From positions 1 to 27,546 of the IMG/VR virus record IMGVR_UViG_3300010289_000003: a stretch of 27,546 nt of DNA; one strand, written 5' to 3'. Shown here one piece after another: positions 9,195 to 17,853 of this stretch. How positions within the stretch are numbered: position 1 is the first letter of the stretch; every line of letters starts with the position of its first letter. The position numbers and the translations under genes were made by a program. The notes under the pieces are model-generated. The model searched no databases and was not told where the DNA came from. It worked only from the letters and a program-made list of their open reading frames with translations. The DNA comes from a virus (lineage: Duplodnaviria > Caudoviricetes).

Positions 9195-10217
9195 CTACAA
9201 GTTACACGCTCTAGCCTGGCGCATCGCCTGGGCAAATTGCCAGGCAATCCAGGCGCCGTCGCTGATCCCAAACTGACAGTTCAAACGTTCACGCGTCAGA
9301 ATTTCCGGTATATTCCGGTCACGCTTCCAAAGCTCTGTAATCTGCCCGCCATACGAACACGGCGGGTCGGGCATCTTTGAGTGCGCCAGCCTGATGATTG
9401 CATCCTGCTCCTGTAGGGATGGAGCACTGCCAGCGCGGTAGTTTAACGTTAACTGACCGCGGTCACAACAGCTAAGCGACACAAATTGAACGATCCCCAT
9501 CTGCCCGTTTTGAATCCAGATTCTCGTCACATCCTCCGTCCTTTGACCGCAGGCGCCGATACACAGCATAGTCGCCCGCTTGGATGTGTCCGTACTGCAC
9601 GCATAAACGTCAACTGAACCGGCAAAAAACGTATCGTCGTCGTAATCCAGGCCATCCGGTGGATTGTTCTGATACTCCGCTACAACCAGTCGGCAACGTG
9701 GAATTTCTATCACAAAAAATGCGCTGCTGATGTAAATATCTGATGGCACAATTGTAATCTTGGTGCCCTGATGGCATACCACGATACTGTCTTCTGAAAC
9801 CTCTGGGCTATATGGTACAATTGCAATTGCCGGATCGGTGTTGTAGTCGAGCGGTACATCATCCGCCAACAACGTCAGGCGTTTTGTGCCAAGCTCAATC
9901 AAGCGCGCCTGGCGAGTTACAACGGTATGGACGTAGCGGGCGGGATGCATAACGTGCGTTTCGGTAAACCACCTGTTTCCTACAGGATACCCCAGCACGT
10001 CCTCAATCTCACTCTGTGCCTCAGCCAGGTATCGTTGTACAAGCCATCGCTCGTGAAACGTCCAGATTCCGGTATCCTTGCCGTAGCAGTTGTCCTTGTC
10101 GTTGCGGACTCCCCAAAAGGCGCACTCGCACGCTCCAACAAATTGGGCGTACTGCGCGAGCAATACAGCCTGAGTCTCGTCTATACCGCTTGACACCGAA
10201 ACAACTGTCATTGTCAC
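9195..10217 (-). CDS. Head-tail adaptor/connector-like protein, Cys-rich
   Basis: YLAEAQSEIEDVLGYPV and LNYRAG...QDAIIRLAH resemble adaptor helices. Start re-called to GTG 10217 (GTGA overlap with the upstream stop) or ATG 10211; the track start at 10361 overlaps the upstream gene. Confidence 0.6.
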   Translation of the reverse strand: MTMTVVSVSSGIDETQAVLLAQYAQFVGACECAFWGVRNDKDNCYGKDTGIWTFHERWLVQRYLAEAQSEIEDVLGYPVGNRWFTETHVMHPARYVHTVVTRQARLIELGTKRLTLLADDVPLDYNTDPAIAIVPYSPEVSEDSIVVCHQGTKITIVPSDIYISSAFFVIEIPRCRLVVAEYQNNPPDGLDYDDDTFFAGSVDVYACSTDTSKRATMLCIGACGQRTEDVTRIWIQNGQMGIVQFVSLSCCDRGQLTLNYRAGSAPSLQEQDAIIRLAHSKMPDPPCSYGGQITELWKRDRNIPEILTRERLNCQFGISDGAWIAWQFAQAMRQARACNL

Positions 10218-10528
10218 CTGCCATAGTGAGTCAGAAGCTCTTGCACTCCGGCTGCAGCGATAAGCATAATCAGGACGTGTATATCCGGTGACGGCGAACA
10301 GTACCAGGCCAGGCCCAACAAGACAGAAAACCATACCCCGGTGCAGAAGCGACAATGCCACCCATCCGCGAACATATCCCAGAAGGGATGTTTCTCCGCA
10401 GCCGTTTCTAGCGCAATCCGTATGCGCCGGAAAACGTAAAACGGCCCATCGTCCAGTGCTACCAGTGAGGACAGGCGATAGGCAGCTAGCGCGATGATCA
10501 AAACTGAAGCCAGTGCATCACTCATCAT
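10214..10528 (-). CDS. DUF1360-like small membrane protein
   Basis: LAAYRLSSLVALDDGPF...CRFCTGVW plus hydrophobic helices; GGGGAG SD before ATG 10528/10525. Confidence 0.7.
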   Translation of the reverse strand: MMSDALASVLIIALAAYRLSSLVALDDGPFYVFRRIRIALETAAEKHPFWDMFADGWHCRFCTGVWFSVLLGLAWYCSPSPDIHVLIMLIAAAGVQELLTHYGR

Positions 10529-12236
10529 CAGCTTCTCCCCGCGCGTCGTCACTCGCGTTCCTGGCCCGACGGGGGCGGCGTTTCCGCTCCTCGATAACAA
10601 CGTTGTTAACATTGTCAACCTGCACCTGAACCGGTTTCTCTTCGCGTAATTCGTTCGGAATATCACGCGAAACGACACGAAAAACACCGGTTGCAAGCAA
10701 GCCCGGTACATCCCTGGTGTCTACAGCGACCAGACGATAACGACCTGTCAGGCCTGCTTTATAGGACCGGCCAGACACCTTGCCGATCCAGGTAGCTGCC
10801 CCAACTGAGTTGCCGGTGTATTCCATCAGCGTACTCGAACTGTCAACGTCCGGCACTTTCGTTTTTACACCGTAGACATCGGTTTGAATCCTCACCCTCT
10901 TTCTGCCACATCCAGCGCAAGCCATTGAATCACCTCCATCACCAGATCTTGTGTATAACTCAGGATATAATGCCTTTATACTTTCGAGGAACTGCCAGCG
11001 CGGTGTACCACGTCTCGTGGTTCTGTTTTGACCTTCCCTGCGGTAGCAATACCCTGCGTAGTCAAGATGCTTGCCGGCATATCCTGCGCGAGCGAGAGCA
11101 ATGTTAAAGGCCCAGTCCTCTCGCCCATCGCTCATCACCTCTGGGTATCCTCCGACTTCTTTCCACCAGCGGCGTTTGAACATAATGCCGGCGTGCATCG
11201 TGTTCTGGTGCGCAAGAAAAAGCAGCTCGCGTTCAACCGCTTCCATCCGAACCGTCTTTCTGTGCCCGTCGGTGCAGAAAACGATGTCGTCGCAGATTAC
11301 CCGGCCGGGGTTGCTTATCGCCGCTTCATACATTTTTGCCAGACGTTCCGGTTGATACCAGTCGTCCGCACTGAGGATTGTAATGTACTCCCCGTAGGCA
11401 GCTTCAATGCCGGTGTTGTTAGCAGCGGCCGTGCCGCGGTTTTTGCTGTGATGGATTACTCTTATCCCGTGCCGGTGATCGGCAAAACTGTCAGCGATGT
11501 CACCACTCCCGTCGGTGCTTGCGTCATCAACAATTACGACCTCAAACGCCTGGAATGTTTGTGCCATCAGGCTTTCAAGGGCCTGTTTGAGATAACGACC
11601 GTAATTGTACAGCGGTACGATAACAGATACAAGCGGTGGAGTGTGAAAAAAAACATCCCTCTTTGCCGGCTCGTCACGTAAAGCGCGTTCTATAGCCGCC
11701 CCAAAGCGCCTGCGCGGCTCGTGAACGAGACCGGACAGGCCTGTAACAGGAGAAACAGAAAACCCGCTCCTACAAGCCCTGACCTGCCACTCGGCCGTTG
11801 CCCCCCACAAGGGGAAAAGATGGGCATTGAACCCGCCGATCTTATTCAGCGCCCGGCGTGCAATGGCCATAAATGTTCCCTGCACGTAGCCGGTCGGCCA
11901 AGCGGGGTTGTTAAATACTCCATCGCCATAACATCCTGCACTGCCCTGTCCAAGAAAAGCGCTGGCAGTGTGAAAACACTGCTCACTGGTGAACCAGACA
12001 TCCTGGTTAATAACCACAACATCGCTGTCACCGGCTGCCTCGAAACCGACATTACAAGCGCCGGAAAAATACCCTCTCTCCTGCAGGTTTATGACCTGCG
12101 CATTTCCATTCTGCACCTCTGGAGGTTTGCTGCCGGCATCGTTAACGATGATGACCGGCATATCTCTTGGTAAGCTGTCTAACAAGCGGGCGATAGTCTT
12201 GTGTCCGTGCCAGAATGGAACTATCGCGGTCAACAT
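10518..12236 (-). CDS. Two-domain family-2 glycosyltransferase with C-terminal extension
   Basis: Two GT-A starts (LTAIVPFW...IIVND...GYFSGACNVG...INQD and VSVIVPLYNYGRYL...IVDDASTD...NRGTAAANNTG...LSADD...EDW). The C-terminal 135 aa have their own SD and ATG. Confidence 0.9.
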   Translation of the reverse strand: MLTAIVPFWHGHKTIARLLDSLPRDMPVIIVNDAGSKPPEVQNGNAQVINLQERGYFSGACNVGFEAAGDSDVVVINQDVWFTSEQCFHTASAFLGQGSAGCYGDGVFNNPAWPTGYVQGTFMAIARRALNKIGGFNAHLFPLWGATAEWQVRACRSGFSVSPVTGLSGLVHEPRRRFGAAIERALRDEPAKRDVFFHTPPLVSVIVPLYNYGRYLKQALESLMAQTFQAFEVVIVDDASTDGSGDIADSFADHRHGIRVIHHSKNRGTAAANNTGIEAAYGEYITILSADDWYQPERLAKMYEAAISNPGRVICDDIVFCTDGHRKTVRMEAVERELLFLAHQNTMHAGIMFKRRWWKEVGGYPEVMSDGREDWAFNIALARAGYAGKHLDYAGYCYRREGQNRTTRRGTPRWQFLESIKALYPELYTRSGDGGDSMACAGCGRKRVRIQTDVYGVKTKVPDVDSSSTLMEYTGNSVGAATWIGKVSGRSYKAGLTGRYRLVAVDTRDVPGLLATGVFRVVSRDIPNELREEKPVQVQVDNVNNVVIEERKRRPRRARNASDDARGEADDE

Positions 12237-12261
12237 AAAGGGCTTCCCCCTCTAGCCTCAA

Positions 12262-12296
12262 GCTGGCAAGCGCACCAAAATAGTGCGCTTGCCAGC
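12262..12296 (-). terminator. Stem-loop after the capsid gene (partial terminator or mRNA stabiliser)
   Basis: Perfect 14-bp stem GCTGGCAAGCGCAC / GTGCGCTTGCCAGC with 7-nt loop; only a weak U tail. Confidence 0.7.
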
Positions 12297-12311
12297 CGGT
12301 GATTCACAGAG

Positions 12312-13646
12312 TTATGGACACTCAGCAGGCGTAAAACTGGTTTGCGGATAGAAGCTAGTTTCTAGAGGATCAGGGCTGAGCGGGCCAGAAGGCGTGCGCA
12401 CGACGACGTCTTGGATTCTCACCTGTGCCCAGGGAGCAAGGCACCACAAGCGGTTGCGCATCCAAATCTTGACCGCACTGCACAAGTTTTCCACAGATAG
12501 CGCCATCAGGAAGCGACCGCCATCCATCGGCATGTAAGCCAGATTGTCCGCCAGATCCCCCAGGCTGGCCAGCACCTGGTTGGCATCCAGGAACTCGCCC
12601 TCCCAAATTCGCTGGTTGCCGACCGCGCCGGTCAGCACATACATATCGCAAGTTGTCGGCCCGTTGATCAGCCCCCAGTCGTATGCCAGGAGCGGAATGG
12701 TATAACCGTCGAGGCTGATTTGTCCATCTCCGAACAGCCCGCCATTCAACGACTGACGGAACTCGCGAATGTCAGCGAGATTTTTCTGCACCTCTTCGTA
12801 TTGAGCACCAGGGCACACCGACCAACAGGCAAACTCATCAAGCAATCCGCGCGCTGCGAACGACGGCAACAAAATGATTACGTCTCCTGTCTTCATCTGT
12901 TGATTGTTGAGCAGAGGAGACCAGGCGATGCGTTGCCTGATGTTGCGTGTCAGGTCGAGCAACCAGTCTACAAGCGTAAACCCTGATGCTACCGGATTCC
13001 CGTTGAGCGTGATCGCCCCTCCGCCTGTGCCGTCCAGGTTGTTTCCGTTCCAATCCAGAACATACGAGTCAAGCGCTGAGCAAGTATATCCGGTGCGTAC
13101 CCAACGCTGCAGCCCGTTGAATTGCCCTCCCACGGAATCATTTCCCGTGATCAGGGCAATCCGAATATCGTTCAGCACCTGATCCATCGTGAAAAACAAA
13201 TCCCACGTTCGCTCATCCTCAACCGGCGAGCCGTCGTAGAACTTGCGCGGATTCGTCTTGCAGTACCGTTGCGGCTTCCACAAATCGCGCGTCGGGCCGG
13301 AACGGCCAAAGCGCCCGAAATCATCAACAGACAGTGAGCAGCTTCCAAACTCGATGCCATACGGGTCGCTGCACGGATTGGCGATGTAGCCAGGAGAATA
13401 ACCACTCAACAGAGGAGCCGGACGGAGATATGATATGAAGTCAACAACGCGGTAACAATCCGTCGTCACATTCCAGCCCAACCAGTCCAGCAAACCCAGT
13501 GTACCTGGTCGGTAATACAAACTCATAATTGAGTCAGCGCACTGGTCAAAAAAGTTGCAACAACCAAACGGCGATGCCGTATTGCTGAGCGTCATTCGGC
13601 GAACTTCATCACCTGGTGTTGTCAGAGCACGCGTGGAGATTGTCAT
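12312..13646 (-). CDS. Major capsid protein
   Basis: 444 aa, SD AAGGAGGTGA, follows the protease/scaffold gene, followed by a hairpin; ALITGND..GQFNGL is typical of HK97-fold capsids. Confidence 0.82.
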   Translation of the reverse strand: MTISTRALTTPGDEVRRMTLSNTASPFGCCNFFDQCADSIMSLYYRPGTLGLLDWLGWNVTTDCYRVVDFISYLRPAPLLSGYSPGYIANPCSDPYGIEFGSCSLSVDDFGRFGRSGPTRDLWKPQRYCKTNPRKFYDGSPVEDERTWDLFFTMDQVLNDIRIALITGNDSVGGQFNGLQRWVRTGYTCSALDSYVLDWNGNNLDGTGGGAITLNGNPVASGFTLVDWLLDLTRNIRQRIAWSPLLNNQQMKTGDVIILLPSFAARGLLDEFACWSVCPGAQYEEVQKNLADIREFRQSLNGGLFGDGQISLDGYTIPLLAYDWGLINGPTTCDMYVLTGAVGNQRIWEGEFLDANQVLASLGDLADNLAYMPMDGGRFLMALSVENLCSAVKIWMRNRLWCLAPWAQVRIQDVVVRTPSGPLSPDPLETSFYPQTSFTPAECP

Positions 13647-15229
13647 TTCTTCACCTCCTTAGTCAATTTCTCCTGCAGGATGCGCCTTGCGCGCTCTGCC
13701 GCGCTCTCCTGCGCATCACCGCTATCGCGGGCGACCTTCGGACGCCATACCTCAACCTGGGGGGCTGGCAGGTCGCTCAAATAGATTTGCCTTTGTCTGT
13801 TTTGGGCGGCTTCCAGAGCATCAACGCGCGCCGTGATCTCCGTGATGAAGCTGCGCATCTGCTCGGCAAGTTGGTTCAGAGCCTCACGCTGAGCTACAAG
13901 CTCACGGGCCATTTGCACCAGCCCATCCTCACCGTCATCAGCCCCACCATCGCTGTCACCACCCGTATCGCCTGCCTGCCCAGGCTCTCCCGTGGTCACC
14001 GCACGCGCCGTTATCGCTGCCTCAGCAATCTGCCGGTTGGTAGCCTCGACTTGCGCAAGCCAGGCTTCCAACTCGTCATCGCTCAAACCAGCACTGCGGG
14101 CAAGCGCAACCAATGCCTCTCTTACTTTTTGATCCATCCCATTTACCTCCTCTACATTTATTTGTGTAAACAACGCTGCCGCCTGATCCTCTGGCAACGT
14201 TGATATTTCAACCAGATAACCATCCGTGTAAACCGGAACACCTATCCCCTCGATGTCGTGTTGCTCCCTGGAGATAGGTCTGTAACCGATACTCTCTCCC
14301 CACCTGTCTGGGTTGCGGCACACTGCCGCAATCTCAACAGCGGCGAGTGGTGTATCATCATACACCCCAGACGTGATCAACACATAACCGTCGCGCGCCA
14401 CAAAGTCGCACTGCCCGGTTTTGAATCGCTTGCCCTGGTGAAAGAACGTTCGATAGGGGTAGCCGTACTCCTGGACGCGATTGACGAAATTATCGAATAA
14501 CCGAGTCGAGTCAATCTCGCCCACCCGGTTCAAGACAGCGGTGCAACTGCGCGAGAACCAGCGATACTTACCGTCAGCCTGACGCCTGACAACAACCTTG
14601 CCTTCGGCTCTTCGCCGCTCAGACTCATTGCCCATTTCGGCAAATTGCCCCTCTCTGGTCACAATGCCGTCCCCGGTAACATCAAAAAAGACACGGTGCA
14701 ACCGCCCATCCTTCAGCGTCAATGCGTATGTGTCATCCTGCGTTCGGTAGACGTTCACGAGATAAGATGAACTCTCACCAAGCGCCCGGCTTAACCTGGC
14801 AACCATAGCACTGCGTTCCGCAGGCGGTTCAAGACCTGCGGTCTCGTACACGCTATCCGGCGCAACATCGCCGGCCTGTTCGTATGCGCCGATCAGCTCG
14901 CGCGCTGCGGATTGCAGTGCTCTTTGCCAATCCTCTGCTGACACATCATCTGGTTTCTGCATTGGCGTTCTCGCCCCTGCCAAAGCGGCTGCCGCCGCGG
15001 TCAGGGCCTGGCGCACATAAGCTGTCTCACCTGGTTCACGCACCGGCAGTTTACATAACTCCTGAGTCCAGTCATCTGGATTCTCCCTGCCGGCCGCTTC
15101 GTTCAGGTTGATCAAGCAGGCATTGCAGTAGGCTTGTGTCGAACCGTAACGGGAGGGACTCCCGTCCCAAGTGTCAACGCTCTTGACCTTGCGAGAAATC
15201 CAGTCCAAGACGCTTGATACGATTTGCAT
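13643..15229 (-). CDS. Prohead protease / scaffold fusion with extra N-terminal domain
   Basis: Start re-called to ATG 15229 (SD GGAGGGG). N-terminal WDGSPSRY...CKLPVREP...AAAALAGAR domain, central HK97-type protease-like segment (NRVGEID, FFHQ, LVEISTLP), C-terminal coiled coil. Confidence 0.72.
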   Translation of the reverse strand: MQIVSSVLDWISRKVKSVDTWDGSPSRYGSTQAYCNACLINLNEAAGRENPDDWTQELCKLPVREPGETAYVRQALTAAAAALAGARTPMQKPDDVSAEDWQRALQSAARELIGAYEQAGDVAPDSVYETAGLEPPAERSAMVARLSRALGESSSYLVNVYRTQDDTYALTLKDGRLHRVFFDVTGDGIVTREGQFAEMGNESERRRAEGKVVVRRQADGKYRWFSRSCTAVLNRVGEIDSTRLFDNFVNRVQEYGYPYRTFFHQGKRFKTGQCDFVARDGYVLITSGVYDDTPLAAVEIAAVCRNPDRWGESIGYRPISREQHDIEGIGVPVYTDGYLVEISTLPEDQAAALFTQINVEEVNGMDQKVREALVALARSAGLSDDELEAWLAQVEATNRQIAEAAITARAVTTGEPGQAGDTGGDSDGGADDGEDGLVQMARELVAQREALNQLAEQMRSFITEITARVDALEAAQNRQRQIYLSDLPAPQVEVWRPKVARDSGDAQESAAERARRILQEKLTKEVKK

Positions 15230-15239
15230 TGTCCCCTCC

Positions 15240-15275
15240 AAAAAAAAACGAGACCGAGGTATTTCTCGGTCTCGT
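15240..15275 (-). terminator. Intrinsic terminator / attenuator in the leader of the protease-capsid-tail operon
   Basis: 11-bp stem ACGAGACCGAG-aaatac-CTCGGTCTCGT followed by 8 more T, directly before the SD. Confidence 0.85.
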
Positions 15276-15289
15276 GGACTCTAACATAA

Positions 15290-15318
15290 AATATACCATA
15301 AAACGCTGCAAAAGTCAA
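15290..15318 (-). promoter_or_regulatory. Sigma70-type promoter for the head-tail operon
   Basis: TTGACT-17 bp-TATATT with extended -10 TGn. Confidence 0.8.
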
Positions 15319-15352
15319 CGAAATCGCTGCAAAATGCGCCAAAATGCGAAGC

Positions 15353-15390
15353 GGCAAGAACCCCACACGCGGGCGTGTGGGGTTCTTGCC
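15353..15390 (-). terminator. Long hairpin closing the leftward cassette transcript
   Basis: Perfect 18-bp inverted repeat GGCAAGAACCCCACACGC / GCGTGTGGGGTTCTTGCC, 18 nt past the stop at 15409. Confidence 0.75.
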
Positions 15391-15408
15391 TAACGAGTCG
15401 AGCTACTC

Positions 15409-15756
15409 CTACGCCATTGAGCTGCGGGCCAGGGCTTCGTCTAGCGTGAGGGGGCGACCGAACCCGCACGCATCCCCGAGGTCTTCAAACCGCCCCCCCA
15501 CACACAAGTCATCCTCCGTCACCAATTCCAACCACTCCTCTGTCGGTTCATTCTGGAACCGACTCCAAGCGTTCGAGTGGACGACCAGCCTCCCGTCATC
15601 CGCTCTGTACAATGTGCGGGTGACGCCCCTGTTGTCACCGCTGTACTCCTCGTCGCGGCCCAAGACTTCTGCCACGAACTCGACGTTCTTGCGTTGATCG
15701 TCAACACGCGAACCCGTCCACACTATCCGGCCTACATTCACCATTACCGTTTCCAT
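15409..15756 (-). CDS. Hypothetical acidic protein (cassette, leftward transcript)
   Basis: 115 aa, SD GGAGGT, own promoter and hairpin; no family confidently recognised. Confidence 0.8.
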   Translation of the reverse strand: METVMVNVGRIVWTGSRVDDQRKNVEFVAEVLGRDEEYSGDNRGVTRTLYRADDGRLVVHSNAWSRFQNEPTEEWLELVTEDDLCVGGRFEDLGDACGFGRPLTLDEALARSSMA

Positions 15757-15830
15757 TTCTACCTCCAGTTCTAGTTGTCATTTGGCCTCGCGTCTGGGGC
15801 CGAGGCCGCGCCCCTGTTCGATTTTTCATC

Positions 15831-15859
15831 ATCATATCATACTTTCCTCAATTTGTCAA
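15831..15859 (-). promoter_or_regulatory. Leftward sigma70 promoter
   Basis: TTGACA-aattgaggaaagtatga (17)-TATGAT with extended -10. Confidence 0.85.
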
Positions 15860-15919
15860 GGGGTTTCGGGGATGCAGAAACCGAAATTCTTAAAAATCTG
15901 GAGAAATTCTTAAAAATGC

Positions 15920-15948
15920 TTGACAAATTGCGAAAAGTATGCTAAAAT
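15920..15948 (+). promoter_or_regulatory. Rightward sigma70 promoter P1
   Basis: TTGACA-aattgcgaaaagtatgc (17)-TAAAAT. Confidence 0.85.
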
Positions 15949-16026
15949 GTAGACAACAATTTGATAAGGGAGAGTGAGATGCAGAAACCGAAATTCTTAA
16001 AAATCTGGCGAAATTCTTAAAAATGC

Positions 16027-16055
16027 TTGACAAATTGAAAAAAGTGTGATAAAAT
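16027..16055 (+). promoter_or_regulatory. Rightward sigma70 promoter P2
   Basis: TTGACA-aattgaaaaaagtgtga (17)-TAAAAT. Confidence 0.85.
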
Positions 16056-16090
16056 GTAGACAAATAAAGATGGATGAGGAGGTAAATAAA

Positions 16091-16579
16091 ATGAAGAAGA
16101 TCATAAACTTGAGGGGCGAGCTTTTTGGCAAGATGAAGGCTTTGGGTCATTACGACAGCAGGTTCTCCGGCCACTGGGCAAAGCAGGTCACGGACGTTAA
16201 TCCGAACGGAACCAACGGGTACGCCTTCGAGGGGGAGTTCATCCCCGGAGGTGATGTGGAGGTCGAGGTCGGCAACCATCTGTTTCTAGTTGCCACGGTT
16301 GCCGGCTCACGCAAGTACCAGACAAAATATTACCGGTTGTTCGTGATGACCCAAGACGGAGAACTGGTGGCGACGGAGTACGCCACCACGGACGAAATAG
16401 GCGGCTGGGCACTCCGGCTCCGTCAACCCGCGATCGACATCCTGAGCTCATTTCGGACTCAGCAGCCTCAGCCGGAGGCTCAGGCGGAGGACACGGTTGT
16501 TGAGAACCCCCTGGCCGTGTTCTCAGATGAGCAGATCCGCGCGGAGTTCGTCCGGCGCGGACTGACACTGACACTGTAA
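16091..16579 (+). CDS. Hypothetical protein (first gene of the rightward cassette transcript)
   Basis: Start re-called to ATG 16091 (SD GAGGAGGT); 162 aa; family not recognised. Confidence 0.8.
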   Translation: MKKIINLRGELFGKMKALGHYDSRFSGHWAKQVTDVNPNGTNGYAFEGEFIPGGDVEVEVGNHLFLVATVAGSRKYQTKYYRLFVMTQDGELVATEYATTDEIGGWALRLRQPAIDILSSFRTQQPQPEAQAEDTVVENPLAVFSDEQIRAEFVRRGLTLTL

Positions 16580-16590
16580 CGGTGGCCCAC

Positions 16591-16623
16591 GAAGGTGGGG
16601 GATGGCCTCCATCCCCCACCTTC
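16591..16623 (+). other. Intergenic stem-loop (processing, stabiliser or partial terminator)
   Basis: 15-bp perfect stem GAAGGTGGGGGATGG-cct-CCATCCCCCACCTTC, no U tract, ends 3 nt before the AGGAGG SD. Confidence 0.7.
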
Positions 16624-16639
16624 ATTAGGAGGAAAAGAG

Positions 16640-17026
16640 ATGGACGTGCCAATGCCAAGTGGTTTTTCTGTTAAGGTGGCCCACGTGGCCGCAGCCTGCG
16701 GCCTACTCCCACCTGGTTTCGACCGGTGGGAGCTTGCCGACGTCCACGGCTGGACGGTAGCCCACGTGGCCGCCTCCCGCGGCAAGCTCCCCCCGGATTT
16801 CGACCGGTGGGAGCTTGAGGATGCCTGGGGCTGGACGGTGGCCCACGTGGCCGCCGCCAACGGCAAGCTCCCACCCGATTTTGACCGGTGGGAGCTTGCC
16901 GACGTCCACGGCTGGACGGTGGCCCACGAGGCCGCCGCCAACGGCCTACTCCCACCTGATTTTGACCGGTGGGAGCTGGAGGACGAAAGCGGCTGGACTG
17001 TGGCCCAAGCGGCCGCCGAACACTGA
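16640..17026 (+). CDS. 27-aa ankyrin-like repeat protein 1 (128 aa)
   Basis: SD AGGAGG, ATG 16640; repeats GWTVAHxAAxxGxLPPDFDRWELxDxx. Confidence 0.85.
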   Translation: MDVPMPSGFSVKVAHVAAACGLLPPGFDRWELADVHGWTVAHVAASRGKLPPDFDRWELEDAWGWTVAHVAAANGKLPPDFDRWELADVHGWTVAHEAAANGLLPPDFDRWELEDESGWTVAQAAAEH

Positions 17027-17093
17027 CCCCCCCCCCGCCGGCTTCAACCAGCATTTGGTGGGCCGCGCATACCGACCACGCGGAGGAGACAAA

Positions 17094-17798
17094 ATGGACA
17101 GGCAACCAGATGCTACAGCACGACTCATCGAAGCCGCCAAGTGCGGCAAGCTCCCCGCCGGTTTCGACCGGTGGGAGTTAGCCTATGAGGACGGCTGGAC
17201 GGTGGCCCACGCAGCCGCCGCCTACGGCCTACTCCCACCGGGTTTCGACCGGTGGGAGCTGGCTGACATCTGCGGCTGGACGGTGGCCCACGTGGCCGCC
17301 AAGTGCGGCAAGCTCCCACCTAATTTCGACCGGTGGGAGCTTGCCGACCGCAACGGGTGGACGGTTGCCCACGAGGCTGCCGCCTACGGCAAGCTTCCAC
17401 CTGATTTCGACCGGTGGGAGCTGTCCGCCGGCCCTAGCGGCTGGACGGTGGCCCACGTGGCCACCAAGTGCGGCAAGCTCCCACCTGATTTCGACCGGTG
17501 GGAGCTTGAGGATACCTACGGCTCGACGGTGGCCCACGTGGCCGCCTCCCGCGGCGACCTCCCCCCGGATTTCGACCGGTGGGAGTTGGTGGACGACTGC
17601 GGCTGGACGGTGGCCCACGTGGCCGCCCAGCACGGCAATCTCCCCCCGGATTTCGACCGGTGGGAGTTAGCCGATCGTGACGGCTGGACTGTGGCCCACG
17701 AGGCCGCCGCCAACGGAAACCTCCCACCTGATTTCGACCAGTGGGAATTGGTGGACGAGAGCGGCTGGACTGTGGCCCAAGCGGCCGCCGAACACTGA
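17094..17798 (+). CDS. 27-aa ankyrin-like repeat protein 2 (234 aa)
   Basis: SD GGAGGAG, starts MDRQPDATARL, ends GWTVAQAAAEH. Confidence 0.88.
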   Translation: MDRQPDATARLIEAAKCGKLPAGFDRWELAYEDGWTVAHAAAAYGLLPPGFDRWELADICGWTVAHVAAKCGKLPPNFDRWELADRNGWTVAHEAAAYGKLPPDFDRWELSAGPSGWTVAHVATKCGKLPPDFDRWELEDTYGSTVAHVAASRGDLPPDFDRWELVDDCGWTVAHVAAQHGNLPPDFDRWELADRDGWTVAHEAAANGNLPPDFDQWELVDESGWTVAQAAAEH

Positions 17799-17853
17799 AA
17801 CCTCCAACCAGCATTTGGTGGGCCGCGCATACCGACCACGCGGAGGAGACAAA

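Larger units (their letters stand above)
15871..16063 (+). repeat. Two 86-bp direct repeats (15871-15956, 15978-16063), each holding a promoter and two GAAATTCTTAAAAAT boxes
   Basis: Direct alignment shows only a few mismatches; period 107 bp; boxes start at 15883, 15903, 15990 and 16010. Confidence 0.95.

Noticed and set aside
10214-10528. Holin call for the small membrane protein
   Set aside because: No endolysin nearby, and the sequence fits the DUF1360 pattern better.
17027-17036. C10 tract as a phase-variation switch
   Set aside because: It lies after the TGA of gene 1 and well before the next SD, so length change would not alter a called reading frame; it appears to be part of a decayed repeat unit.
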